The notes beneath the pieces are model-generated. The model saw nothing but the letters and a program-made list of their open reading frames with translations, made no database searches and had not been told where the DNA came from. 64,000 nt of DNA from Scenedesmus sp. PABB004. Lineage: Eukaryota. This document shows positions 34,605 through 45,000 of this stretch, piece by piece (positions within the stretch are counted from its first letter, which is position 1; each line of letters starts with the position of its first letter). The stretch spans positions 372,001-436,000 of the forward strand of contig JABVCE010000015.1 of the NCBI GenBank assembly GCA_014905635.1, read 5' to 3'. The position numbers were made by a program, and so were the translations under genes.

Positions 34605-37600
34605 TCAGCCGCCGAGCCGCGCCGCCTGCTCGTGCAGGCCCGCGTGCGCCAGCAGCGCGCCCACGCGCCGCGCGCAGCCTGCGAGGCCCCCGCCCCCGCC
34701 GTCGGCGCGCGCGGCAGCGGCCTCGACGCTGCGCCCGAGGCTGGCGAGCACGTCGTGCAGCGGCTGCGCCTCGCGCGCCGCGAGCCACGACGCCGGCAGC
34801 GCCGCCGCGACCGCCTCGGCGCGCGCGACCGCGACGCCGAGCTCGGCCATGCTGCTGCGCAGGCAGGGCACGAGCTGCGCGCACAGCAGGCCCTGCAGGC
34901 CCAGCCGGCGGGCGAGCGCTGGGCCGAGCAGGTCCGCGAAGCCCACGAGCCCGCGCAGCAGCGCGACGGCGCGCGCGAAGCGCAGCTGCAGCGCCGCCGC
35001 GGCCTCGCGTGACGCGCCCGCCGCGGCGGCCGGCCACGGCGGCACGGCCGCGCCGCCGGCGGCGCCCTCGAGCGCGGCCGTCGTGGCCGCGAGCAGCTGC
35101 GCCATGTCGTCGCGGTCGCTCGGCACGTACACGAAAAGGTCTGACACCAGCGCCAGCACCGCGCGGCTCTGCGCGGGGCAGCACGGGTCCCAGCACCTGC
35201 GCGCGGCGCGCGCGCGTGTGAGCCCGCAGCGCGCGTGAGTGCGGGCGGGCGCGTGAGCGCGGGCGCGGGCGGGCGAGCGCGGCGCTGCCAGCCCCGCGCC
35301 GCACCGCGACACGAGGTGCAGCGCGAGCGGCAGCACCAGGCTCTCCACGAGCTGCGGGACCACGTTGGCGTCCGCGTCGGCCGCGCCCGGCGGCGGCGCC
35401 GCCGCGGCGCCGCCGTTTTGCGGCGGCGCGAGCCCAAACTCAAACAGCTGCTGGTACCACGGCAGTGAGTCAAACGGCGCCGGCGGCGGCGGCACGCCGC
35501 CGCCGGCAGCGGCGCGCCGGGCAGCAGCAGCGGCGCCCAGTCCAGCAGCTCGAGCCGCACGAACGGCGCGAAGAGCGCGGCCGCGGACTCGCCAATGTAA
35601 GCGGAGCGGTACTCGCCCGGGTGGGCGGCCTTGAAGGCCTCCAGGCGGCCCTTGACCGCGGCCAGCGTCGCGTAGGCCTCGTCCGCGTCGGCGAAGACCG
35701 TCGGCGCGAGCTCCGCGACCTCGGCGCGCCGCCGCGCGTACGCCGCGGCCGCGGCCGCCGCCGGCGACGGCGCGGCGCCGGGCGCGGCGCCGTTGGCGGC
35801 GGCGCCGCCGGCGGCCGCCGCGGCGGCGGCGAGGCTGGCCGACGCCTCCAGGTCCATCCGGCCGCCTGCGCGGTGGCCGGCGCGGTGGCCGGCGGCGGTG
35901 GGCGCGCGGGCGGCGCGCGGGCGGCGCGGGGAGGGGGGGGGGGGGGGGGTGCTCCCGCAGCGCCGCGCGCCCGCGGCGCGCCGCCGCACCCGCGCGCATG
36001 CCCTCCAGCTGCGCCAGCAGCCCCGCGACCGCGGCGGCGCGCCGGCCCTCGCCCGCGGCGAGCTCCTTGCGCCGCATCAGCCCCAGGTCGCGCCCAAACT
36101 CGTCCACCTCCGGCTGGCCGTCGGGGCCGCGCGCCGCGGCCGCGACGGCGGCACCGCCGGCCTCCGCCGCCGCCGCCGCGGCCGCCGCCGCCGCGACGGG
36201 CGCGCCGCCACCGCCGCCGAGCACCTGCAGCGCCGCCACGACCGCCGCCTCTGCCTGTGCGAAGAGTATCCGCGCGTCGTCCTGCAAGCGGCGCAAGTGG
36301 CGCAGGCGCGGCGCGCTGTGTCGGCCACGCCAGGCCCCGGCCGGCCGTGCCGGGCGGCGCCGCGCCATCCGCCCTGCTGCCCCCACGCCGCGCGCGCCCG
36401 CCGCCCCGCCCCGCTGCGCGCGCGCGCGCGCCTGCTCCTGCCGCATCGCCGCCTGCGCCGCGTCCTCGGCCGCGGCGAGCAGGCTGTCCTGCAGCTCCTC
36501 CACCAGCGGCGCCTTGGACGCGAGGCAGTCGGCCAGGTCGGCAAGGTAGGCCTTCAGGCCCTGCACCGCAGCGTACCGCTCGCCCGACGCGGCGATGTCC
36601 GCCTGCGGCGGCGCGCGCGGGCGCGGCGCGGCGCGCGTGGGTGAGCGCGGAGCGCAGGGGGCGCGCGGCGCGGCGCGGTGCGCAGGAGGCGCTGCGCGCG
36701 GCGCGCACCCGCACGCGCTCCGCCTCCTCGAGCGCGCCCGCGAGGCTGTCGGCGGTGCGGGCGAGGTTGGCGGCGATGTTCTTGTGCCGCGCCGCCGCGC
36801 GCGCGCTCGCCGCCTGCAGCTCCGCGAGCACGCCCGCGCCCGCCGCGCGGATGGCCGCGGCGCGGTCCTGCCCCGGGCCGCCGCCGCCGGGCCGGCCGCT
36901 CGGCCGCGCCCACACCGCGGCGCCGCCGCCACCGCCGCCGCCGCCGCCGGCCTTGCCGGCGGCATTGCGCCGCATCGCGCGCGCGAGCGCGCCCGCCTCG
37001 CCGCCGCGCGCGTGGCTCGCGCCGTCCAGCTCCATGTCCGCCTCGCCCTCGTCCTCGCCGTCCTGCACGGTCGCGGCGTACAGCCCGCCCGCGCGCGCGC
37101 GCGGCCGCCGCCGCCGCGCGGCCGCTGCGGCCGCTGCGCCCGCCGGCGCCGCCGCCGTCGCCGCCGCGGCCGCCCCCCACAAACGCCAGGCGCATGCGCT
37201 CCTCCAGCTCCTGCTCGCCGTCCGAGCCGGCGCCCGAGCCGCCCTCCGAGCCGGAGCCTGACCCGTCGCCGGCGCCGCCGTTGCTGGCGTCGCCGTCGCC
37301 GGCTCCGCCGCCGCCCCAGCGGCCGCCGCGGCCCGGCCCCAGGCCGCTGCCGGCGGCGGCGCTGCCGAGCAGGCGGCTCGCGCCGCCCAGCGGCACGTAG
37401 TCTGGCGCGAGGTGCGCCTGGCGCAGCCGCTCCCGCTTCTCCTTGGCCAGCCTGCGGTGCGGCGCAGGGCGAGCGCGGGTTGAGGGCGCGGCTGTCAGGC
37501 GGGGCGCGCGCAGCGGCGGACGCGCCGCGGGCGTGCCCGCGGCCGCGCCGCGCCTGATGGTCTCGGCGTCCGGCAGGCAGCCGTCCGCGTCGTCCTCCTC

Positions 37601-38456
37601 CTCCTCCTCGCTGCCGCCGCCGGCCGCCGCTGCCGCTGCCGCGCCGGGCGCGCCGCCGGCGGGCCGCGGTGGCGGCGGCAACGGCATCGCGTCGCCGCCG
37701 CCGCCGCCGCCCGGCTGCTGCTGCTGCTGCTGCTGCTCCGACACGCCGCGGCCGATGGCGCCGGTGATGCTGTAGCTAAACCGGTCGTCCTTGACGTGCA
37801 CCGCCTTGAACGAGCCCGTGAGCTTGACCACGCCGCCGCCGGCGCCGCCCGCTGCCGCGGCCGCCGTCGCCGCGGCCGCGGCGGACGGCGCCGCGGGCGG
37901 CGGCTTGAGCTTGCTCGGCAGCCGCTGCGTCGCCGCCGCGAGCTCGGCGAGGCGCTCCGCCGAATACTCGCCTGCGCGTCGGGGCGGGGCGGGTGGGTGC
38001 GGCGCGCGGCGCGCGGTGAGCCGCGGCGGTGCGGCGCGGCGCGGCTCGGCGCGCCGCCGCCGCCAGCCTCTGCGCGCCGCCGCTGCCGGCCTCTGTGCGC
38101 CGCCGCTGCCGGCCTCCGCGCGCCGCGTGCGCACCCGCTGGCGGCGCCGCGGCGGGCGGCGCCGCGGCAGGCGGCGGCGCGGCGCCGAGGCCGGCGCGGT
38201 GGAACTTCGACTTGGCCGGCCGCTCCCGGTCGCGCTTGTCCTTCTTCGCCTTGCCCCCGCCGCCGCCGCCGCCCAGCGGCAGCTCCTCCTCGTCGTCGCC
38301 AAAGCTCAGCAGCTTGCTCGGCCGCTGCTGCGCCCCCCGGGCCGGCTGGGCGCTCGCCGGCGGCGCCGGCGGCGCAGCGCCGACGGCGGCGCCATCCGCC
38401 TCCTCGTCGTCGGCGAAGGAGAGCTTGGTGCGCAGCTTGCGCTGCTTGCCCGACAT
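34605..38456 (-). CDS. PAXBP1: PAXBP1/GCFC2 (ILP1/Ntr2-like) spliceosome disassembly factor, multi-exon, apparent frameshift ~35505-35520
   Basis: LSFADDEE, LLSFGDDEEE, GEYSAERLAEL, AKEKRERLRQAHLAPDYVPL, DEFGRD and the GCFC domain VFADADEAY...YRSAYI...FAPFVRLELLDW..FDSLPWY. Confidence 0.9.
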
Positions 38457-38841
38457 GACGCTACGCCGGCCAAGCGCTGCGCCACCCGCGCCCGCGGGCC
38501 CTCAGCGCTGCGGCATGGCGGCCGCCGCTGCTTGCCGCTGCTCCGCGCCGCGCCGGCGCCTGCTGCTGCAGGAAGGGGCTGCGTGATCGTGGGATGGTGG
38601 GCGATCGGCGGGAGAGTGGACACGCACGCGTGGGAGCAGGTGGCGTGCACACAGCGCGCGGGAGGGCAAGCGCCGGGTTCTCCGCTGGGCCCTGCGGGCT
38701 GCTGAGGCCGTCCCCTGCGCGCCCGCTCCACGTGCGCACTGCCCTCGCCACCCAGCACCTCTCCCAGCCCTCGCGCAGCACGAAACGCACCCCCTCGCGC
38801 GCCCAACCGCTGCAGCAGCAACAGCAGAGCCCGGCAGCAGC

Positions 38842-39726
38842 ATGTGCGGCCTCGCTCGCCCGCCCGCGCGGCGGTGGACGGTGGCGGTGGACGCGCACGC
38901 TCTCAGCACGCGCCGCGCCGGCCGCGCAGGTCCAAGGTGACCTTCAAAATCACGCTCACATCAGACCCCAAGCTCCCCTTCCGAGTGTGAGGCGTGGGGG
39001 GCCCGCCGTGCCGCGCCCACCCGGCCCCTGCAGGCCAGCACCCTCACGCCACGCCCCGCAGGTTCAGCGTGCCCGAAGAGGCCCCGTTCACGGCGGTGCT
39101 CAAGTTTGCGGCGGAGGAGGTGCGCGCTGCTGCTGCTGCCGGCGCCGCGCCGCTTGCCACGCGCTGCAGACGCTGGCGGCGCGGCAGCAGCGCGGCCCCT
39201 GGCCCCCTGTGACTGCAGCAGGGGCAGCGGCAGCGGCAGCAGCAGCGGCAGCAGCAGCGGCAGCAGCAGCGGCCGGGGCGGGGGCGCCGACCGCGACTGC
39301 CGCCGCCGCCGCCGCCGCCGCCGCAGTTCAAGGTGCCGGCGCAGACCAGCGCGATCATCACAAACGGTAAGCGAGCGGACAAGCAGCGGGCGTGCGAGCG
39401 GCGGCATCAGCGGCCGCGGCGCCAGCGACCGCGCGGCGGCGCCGGCGGGCGCCCTGCTGAGCCGCGCCCGCGCCCTGGCCCGCCCTGTGCCGCGCAGATG
39501 GCGTCGGCATCAACCCCTCGCAAACAGCAGGCGCGGGCGCGCCGCCGCGGCACCGCGCAGCGGCCTGCCCGCGCGCCGCGGCCCCGCGACTCACGTGCTT
39601 TCGCCGCCGCGAACGCGCGTAGGCAACGTGTTCCTGAAGCACGGCGCGGAGCTGCGCCTCATCCCGCGCGACCGCGTCGGCGGCGCCGCGCCGGCGCGGC
39701 GGTCGCAGCAGCGGCGGCGCTGCTGA
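38842..39726 (+). CDS. UFM1: Ubiquitin-fold modifier 1 (exons 38842-38843, 38930-38986, 39062-39119, 39327-39366, 39498-39530, 39623-39726; 97 aa)
   Basis: Spliced product [83 protein letters not shown] plus a 14-aa tail. Missed by the ORF track. Confidence 0.98.
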
Positions 39727-40233
39727 GCGCGCGGGGGCGCCGGGTGGCGTCGTCGGCACGCGAGCGGCGGCCGGTCGGATCTCGGGCAACCGCCGGCGCG
39801 GCGACCGGCAGATCGGCCGCGGCGGCTCAGCGCGCAGCCGCTGCCTTGACCTCGTGCGGCGCCAGCCCACCCTTGTCCTGCCCAGCGGATCCAGTGCTCT
39901 CGATCTCGCTCGCCGCGCAGTCCAGCTGCTGCTGCTCTCGCCCCCATCTCCGCCGCAGGCCGCGCGCCCTCGGCACCAGGCGCATTGGATCGTGGGCGCA
40001 CGGGCCAGGCCGCAGCCGCTCGAGGCGCGCCCTGACCGCCAGCGCGCCGGCTGCTGTGCCATCGCGCAGTCGCGAGCAGCTCCCGGAGCAGGCGCCGCGG
40101 TCAGGTGCCGCGCCGGGCCCCAGGTCCAGCCCCCGCACGCTCAGCTGCGCGCTGGCGGGAGCGTGAGGCTCGCCGGCGGCGGCGGCGCGCGGCAGAGCGG
40201 CAGCAGCAGCGGGCGCGCGCCGGCGCGGGCCAA

Positions 40234-41212
40234 ATGGCGGACGCCGCGGCGGCGGCGCCCGGTGGTGCCAACGGCCCGCCCGCGGCCGAAGGCTCCAGCG
40301 GCAGCGTGACCTTCGCGCCCGCCGACGGCGCGGGCCTGCCCGCGCCGCTGCGCGCGGGCAGCGGCGGCAGCCGCGGCGGCGCCGCCGAGCCGGGGCCGTT
40401 CTCCGGCCCGGCGAGCTTCTCGCTGGGCCCCGTCGACGTGCACGCGGGCGGCCTCGTGCGGCGCGCGGCAGTGCGGCAGCGCTTTGAGCTCACGCCGCGG
40501 CTCGCGGCGACGGCTGGCGCGGCGTACGACTTTGGCACCGGCCGCGTCGGGCCGCTCGCGAGCCTCGTGTACCGCCTGGACGACTGCGCCAAGTCCAAGT
40601 CGCGCCTGGAGCTCACCGACAGTCGCCTCCTCGCGCGCAAGGTCTGGGAGCTCCAGGTGCGGCGGCGGGCTGCGGGCGCGGCGGCGGCGGCGCCGCGCCG
40701 CGCGGCTGCAGCACGCACAGCGCGCCGAGCACGCGCGCGCGCCGCGCTGCCGCAGATCAAAAACGCGACCGTGGGCGTGGCGGCCGAGTGCAGCCTCGCG
40801 TTTAAGGACGAGGTGCGCCCTGGGCAGGCTCTGCCGCTGCGCCGCCGCGCCGGACCCTCACGCGCTGCCGCGTCGGGCCCACACGTGCCGGCGCGCACGC
40901 ACTGACCGCGTCGTGCCCCGCGCGCGTGCCGCCCCGCGCCGCCCCGTGCAGCGCGGCAAGCTCGCGGGGTCGCTGCGCCCCGACCTGCACCTCTCGCTCG
41001 ACCACGTGTCGCCGCTGCGCTACGAGCTGCTGGGCATCGGGCTCGTGCTGCTCGCCAACCTGCCGCTGAGCCTCACCAACAAGGAGGTCGAGGCCCCGCT
41101 GCCCGCGGGGCTGCGCCGCCTGCGCGGCTTCGTGCGCGGCAGCGTCAAGCGCGCCGGCTACGGCCGCTGGCGCCTCGGCGTGGGCGAGGCGAGCGGCATC
41201 CTGGACCTCTGA
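40234..41212 (+). CDS. Hypothetical beta-strand-rich protein, possibly an organellar outer-membrane pore, 3 exons
   Basis: Alternating hydrophobic/polar strands (VRQRFEL, ATAGAAYDF, ASLVYRL, RLELT, VGVAAECSL, GFVRGSVKR, RWRLGV..GILDL*). Clean GT-AG introns. Confidence 0.6.
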
Positions 41213-42003
41213 GGCCGAGGCTGAACCAACGTGCCAGGCTCGGGCCAGCAGCGCAGTCGCGTGAGCGGCAGGCCGCAGCGGCGGGCGGGCGGGCGGGCCT
41301 AAGTGGCGCTGCGCGTGTGCAGCGCTGGCGCGCCGCGCAGTCCCTGGCGTGCTCAAGGGACCAGCCGAGTTGGCGTGCGCTCCGACGGCGGCGGCAGCTG
41401 CGCGTGGGCAACGTTACTCGAGCCGAATCCGAAGCCCAGTGCGTGCGTTTGATGGTGGTGCAGCGTCTGGTGCGCGTGGCTTATTCTGTCTCGCCCGCCC
41501 ACCACCCAGGTCCGGGCAGCAGCCAAGGCAGCTGCAGTTCATTGACGTTGACAGAGAGGGACGCGTGCGTGGCAGGGCCGATGGCAAGTGAGCTGGACGC
41601 GCAGCGCCGGGCGGCGCGCCCGGCGCGCGGCGTCACGGCGGCTGCTCGCGGCAGCCAGGCAGACCTTGCGGGGGACGCCCTGTGGGGCGCGCGCCGCGCC
41701 GCACAGGCAGTGAAGGCGGCGGCGGCGCGGTGCGCAGGACACACGGGATGGTGGCAGCAGCGCACACACACACGTCTCTTCGAGGCGGCGGTCATGCGAC
41801 CGAAACGACAAAAACCCTGCCGCCCCCCTCGCTTCCCGGGCCCGCTTCCTGCCTCCGCACGGCGGCACTGCCGCCTCCCCCCGGTTTGCTTCTGCATGCA
41901 GCTGCCTCGACGCACGCGCGCGCGCGCGCGACGCAGGCTCGTGCGTGCCGGGGACCCCTGTGCACACAGCCCTGTACACACGTGCAAGCCCCACCGCCCT
42001 GAA

Positions 42004-45000
42004 TCATGGCCGGAACGGCCACACGCCGCGGTCGGCGACGGGCACGTTGCACGCGCCCCACGCGCAGCCGTTGCTGCTGGTGGCGGTCGTGCCGACGCAG
42101 ACGGTCGCGCCGTTGTCGCGCGTCGCGCACACGTGGCTGGCGCCGCAGGCGATGGAGGTGACGTTGGCGTTGACGCTTTCGCCCAGCCCCGGCGGCAGGG
42201 TGAGGACGCTCGGCGGCCAGCACCGCAGCTCCGTGTCTGACCACCCGCCCGCATCAAAAAGGGCGCAGGTGAAGTCGTCGCCCGCGCACAGGTCGATCAC
42301 GCGGCGGGACGCCACCTCCACCGGCACCACCGCCGCCGGAACGCCGCTTGGCCAACACCTCACATAGTCTGCCTCGCCGGTCATGCATGTGTGGTTCAGC
42401 CCCGCCACACCACGGTTACCCGGCGCGAGGGAGAGCCCCAACGGATGGTTGCACTTTTCGCCGCAGTCGACGCCGGTGCCATCGAAGCTGCGCGGTGGTG
42501 TGGCAGCGGGCGGGGGTGGTCAGGGGGTGGCGGCGGCGGCCCCAGTCCCGACCCCGCAGCAGCAGTGGTGCAGACGCGCACCACTGGAGGCTGCGACCTA
42601 TGCTGGCGTTGACGACAACTGTCTGGACGCAGAGGTAGGACGGGCCGCTAAAGATGCCTCCAAAGTCAGCCACTGCTGTCCCGGCGGCCGGGCTCGATCC
42701 GGGCAGGCCGTCGACCGTGACGTTGTTCGCCACAAAGTCACACAGCGGGTTGCCCGGCTCGCAGCCCCAGCATTCGAGACGCCGCGTGTAGTTCGCGTCC
42801 GCATACAGCGCGCAGGAGTGCCAGCGCCCCGCCGCGGTCTCGAGCACGTACGCGGCGCTGTTGAGCCCAGGGGGCGGGGCAAGCTGGCCGGTCGAGTTGT
42901 CGCCCTGCGCGGGCAGCGGCGGAGCGCGCGGGGTCAGGGTCCTGCACAGGCATCGCAGCGGGCCGGCGCGGCGGAGCGCGGCTGCCCGTGCCACCAGCTG
43001 CCCGCGCCGGCTGGCTCACCCAGCAGCGGTAGGCCCCCACGCCGTCCTGCGCGGTGGCGGCGGCGCGTGGCCAGCGGCGTCAGCCACCATCGGTCGGCAC
43101 GCAGCGCGCGGCGCGCGTGAGGGCTGGCAGCGCCGCGCGCGCGCGCGGCGGCGCAGGGGCACGCGCCTGCAGGCACGTGTGGAAGCCGCCCGCAAAGCCG
43201 CTCGGTGTGCCCGAGCCCAACGTGATGCTCGGCGGCGTCAGCGCGGCGCCGCCGGCGCCCCAGCACGTGGGGGCCCCCGGGCCCGAGCCCGAGCCAAGCC
43301 GCGTGACGCCGCAGGTGTGGCGTGCGCCCGCAAACACCCTGCTGAAGTAGGCCGGCACAGCGGGCAGCGCGTCGAGGCTAAGCCGCGTGAACTGGCCGGG
43401 CGCGGCGTTGTCCCTGCCGCCATCGGCGACCCAGAGCACGCCGTTGGCAAACGCGAGGCCGCCCTTGCCGACGCGCGTGAGCACGGGGTCGAGCGGCCCG
43501 CCGGTCGCGGCGCCGCCGTCAAAGGGCACCGCCATGTAGGCGCTGGAGAGCGACGTCACTGATGGCACGACCAGCAGCGAGTGCGAGCGAATGGAGGTGT
43601 CGTAGTCGACGTAGTCGCTGCCAAACACGAGCGCGCCGCTCGTCGGGTGCAGCGCCGAGGCGTCCAGGTCGAGTGCGGCGTTGCTGGGCGTCACGTAACT
43701 GAGGTTCCCCGTTTCGGTGAAGCCGCGCAGGTTGGCAGTTGTGTTGGAAGCGCCCTGGATGTAGGTGACGGTGCCGTCAAAGTTGTCGGTGACCCACCAC
43801 GCAAAGCCCGACCCCGGCAGCACGGCGCTGCCGACGCGGGGGCGCTGGATGTTGGCGGGGCTGCAGGTGCCAAACACGGCGACTACGTACCCACCGGGGC
43901 CCAGGTCCAGCTCGCGCACGCAGCCGTTGCCCGAGTCAGCGACTAACAGGGTGGGGCTCGAGCCGTTGACAGGCGGCGCGCCGAGCGCGACCGACTGGGG
44001 CGCATTGAGGCGCGCACCGGTTGCTGGCATGGAGCTGCCGGAGCAGCCAGCCGGTGGACCGTAGTAACACCAAGCACATGTGCACGAGTAGGGGGGGTTG
44101 TATCCTTCGCACACGCCCAGGGCAACACTTGAGCTGCTGCCGTCGGTCGCCACCGTGCGTACACAATGCATCCCTGTTCTCGACGGGCGCGGCAGGCGGC
44201 AGGCGCCCGCGTCGGCTGTGGCCGCCCGCGCCGCGGCCGCCAGCGCCGTGCGCCGCGGCGGCGCGCGCCTGGCGCCGCGGGCGCCTGTGCGCGCGGCGCG
44301 CTCACCCTCATCGGCGACGTAGACCCACGCCTCGTCCGCGTCGACCACGAGGCCGGGCAGGGAGTTGGAGTCAGGGAAACTGGCCAAGATGATCACTGTG
44401 GCCTCGTACATCCCGGGCTGCGCGCTCGGCGTCGTGCTCACGACCTTGCCGACGTGGCCAGTGGTGGTTGTGAAGTAGATGGTGCCGCCGGGCGCCACCG
44501 CGAGCGCCAGCGGCGTGTACACGCCTGTCACGTTCTCGTTAAGGAGCCCGGATGACACCTTGGTGGTGATGCGCACGCGGTCGATGACCGTGGCTGCGGC
44601 GCGCGCGGCAGGGCGGCGGCGGCGGCGGCGGTGGTGAGCGCTGCGCGCGACGCCTGCCCAGCTGCCAAGTCCGGCCGCTGCGCAGGCGCAGGCGCAGGCG
44701 CAGCCCCCGCCTTGACCGACGCCCGCCTGCCGCACCTTGGCAGGCGCCGCCGGCCGTGCAGGTCCCGTAGCTCCCGTCGGCCACGCCGCAGCCCGAGCCC
44801 GTCGGCCGGGGCGCATAGTCGCAGGTGCCTGAGCTGCAGGTGCCGCTGGAGCTGCGGCACACGCTGGGCGGCGGGCCGCTGCAGGTGACGTTGGCGCACA
44901 GGTCTGCGGGCGTGGCGGGCCGCAAGGGCAGGGGTCAGTTGCTGTGAGGAGCAGATGCTCATGCGCTGGCTGGCTGGCTGCTGCCAGGCAGGGCCCGCGT

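Noticed and set aside
38064..38125. About 2.5 copies of a ~24-bp unit (GCCTCTGYGCGCCGCCGCTGCCG)
   Set aside because: A short local slippage duplication in a PAXBP1 intron with no spacers or other structure.
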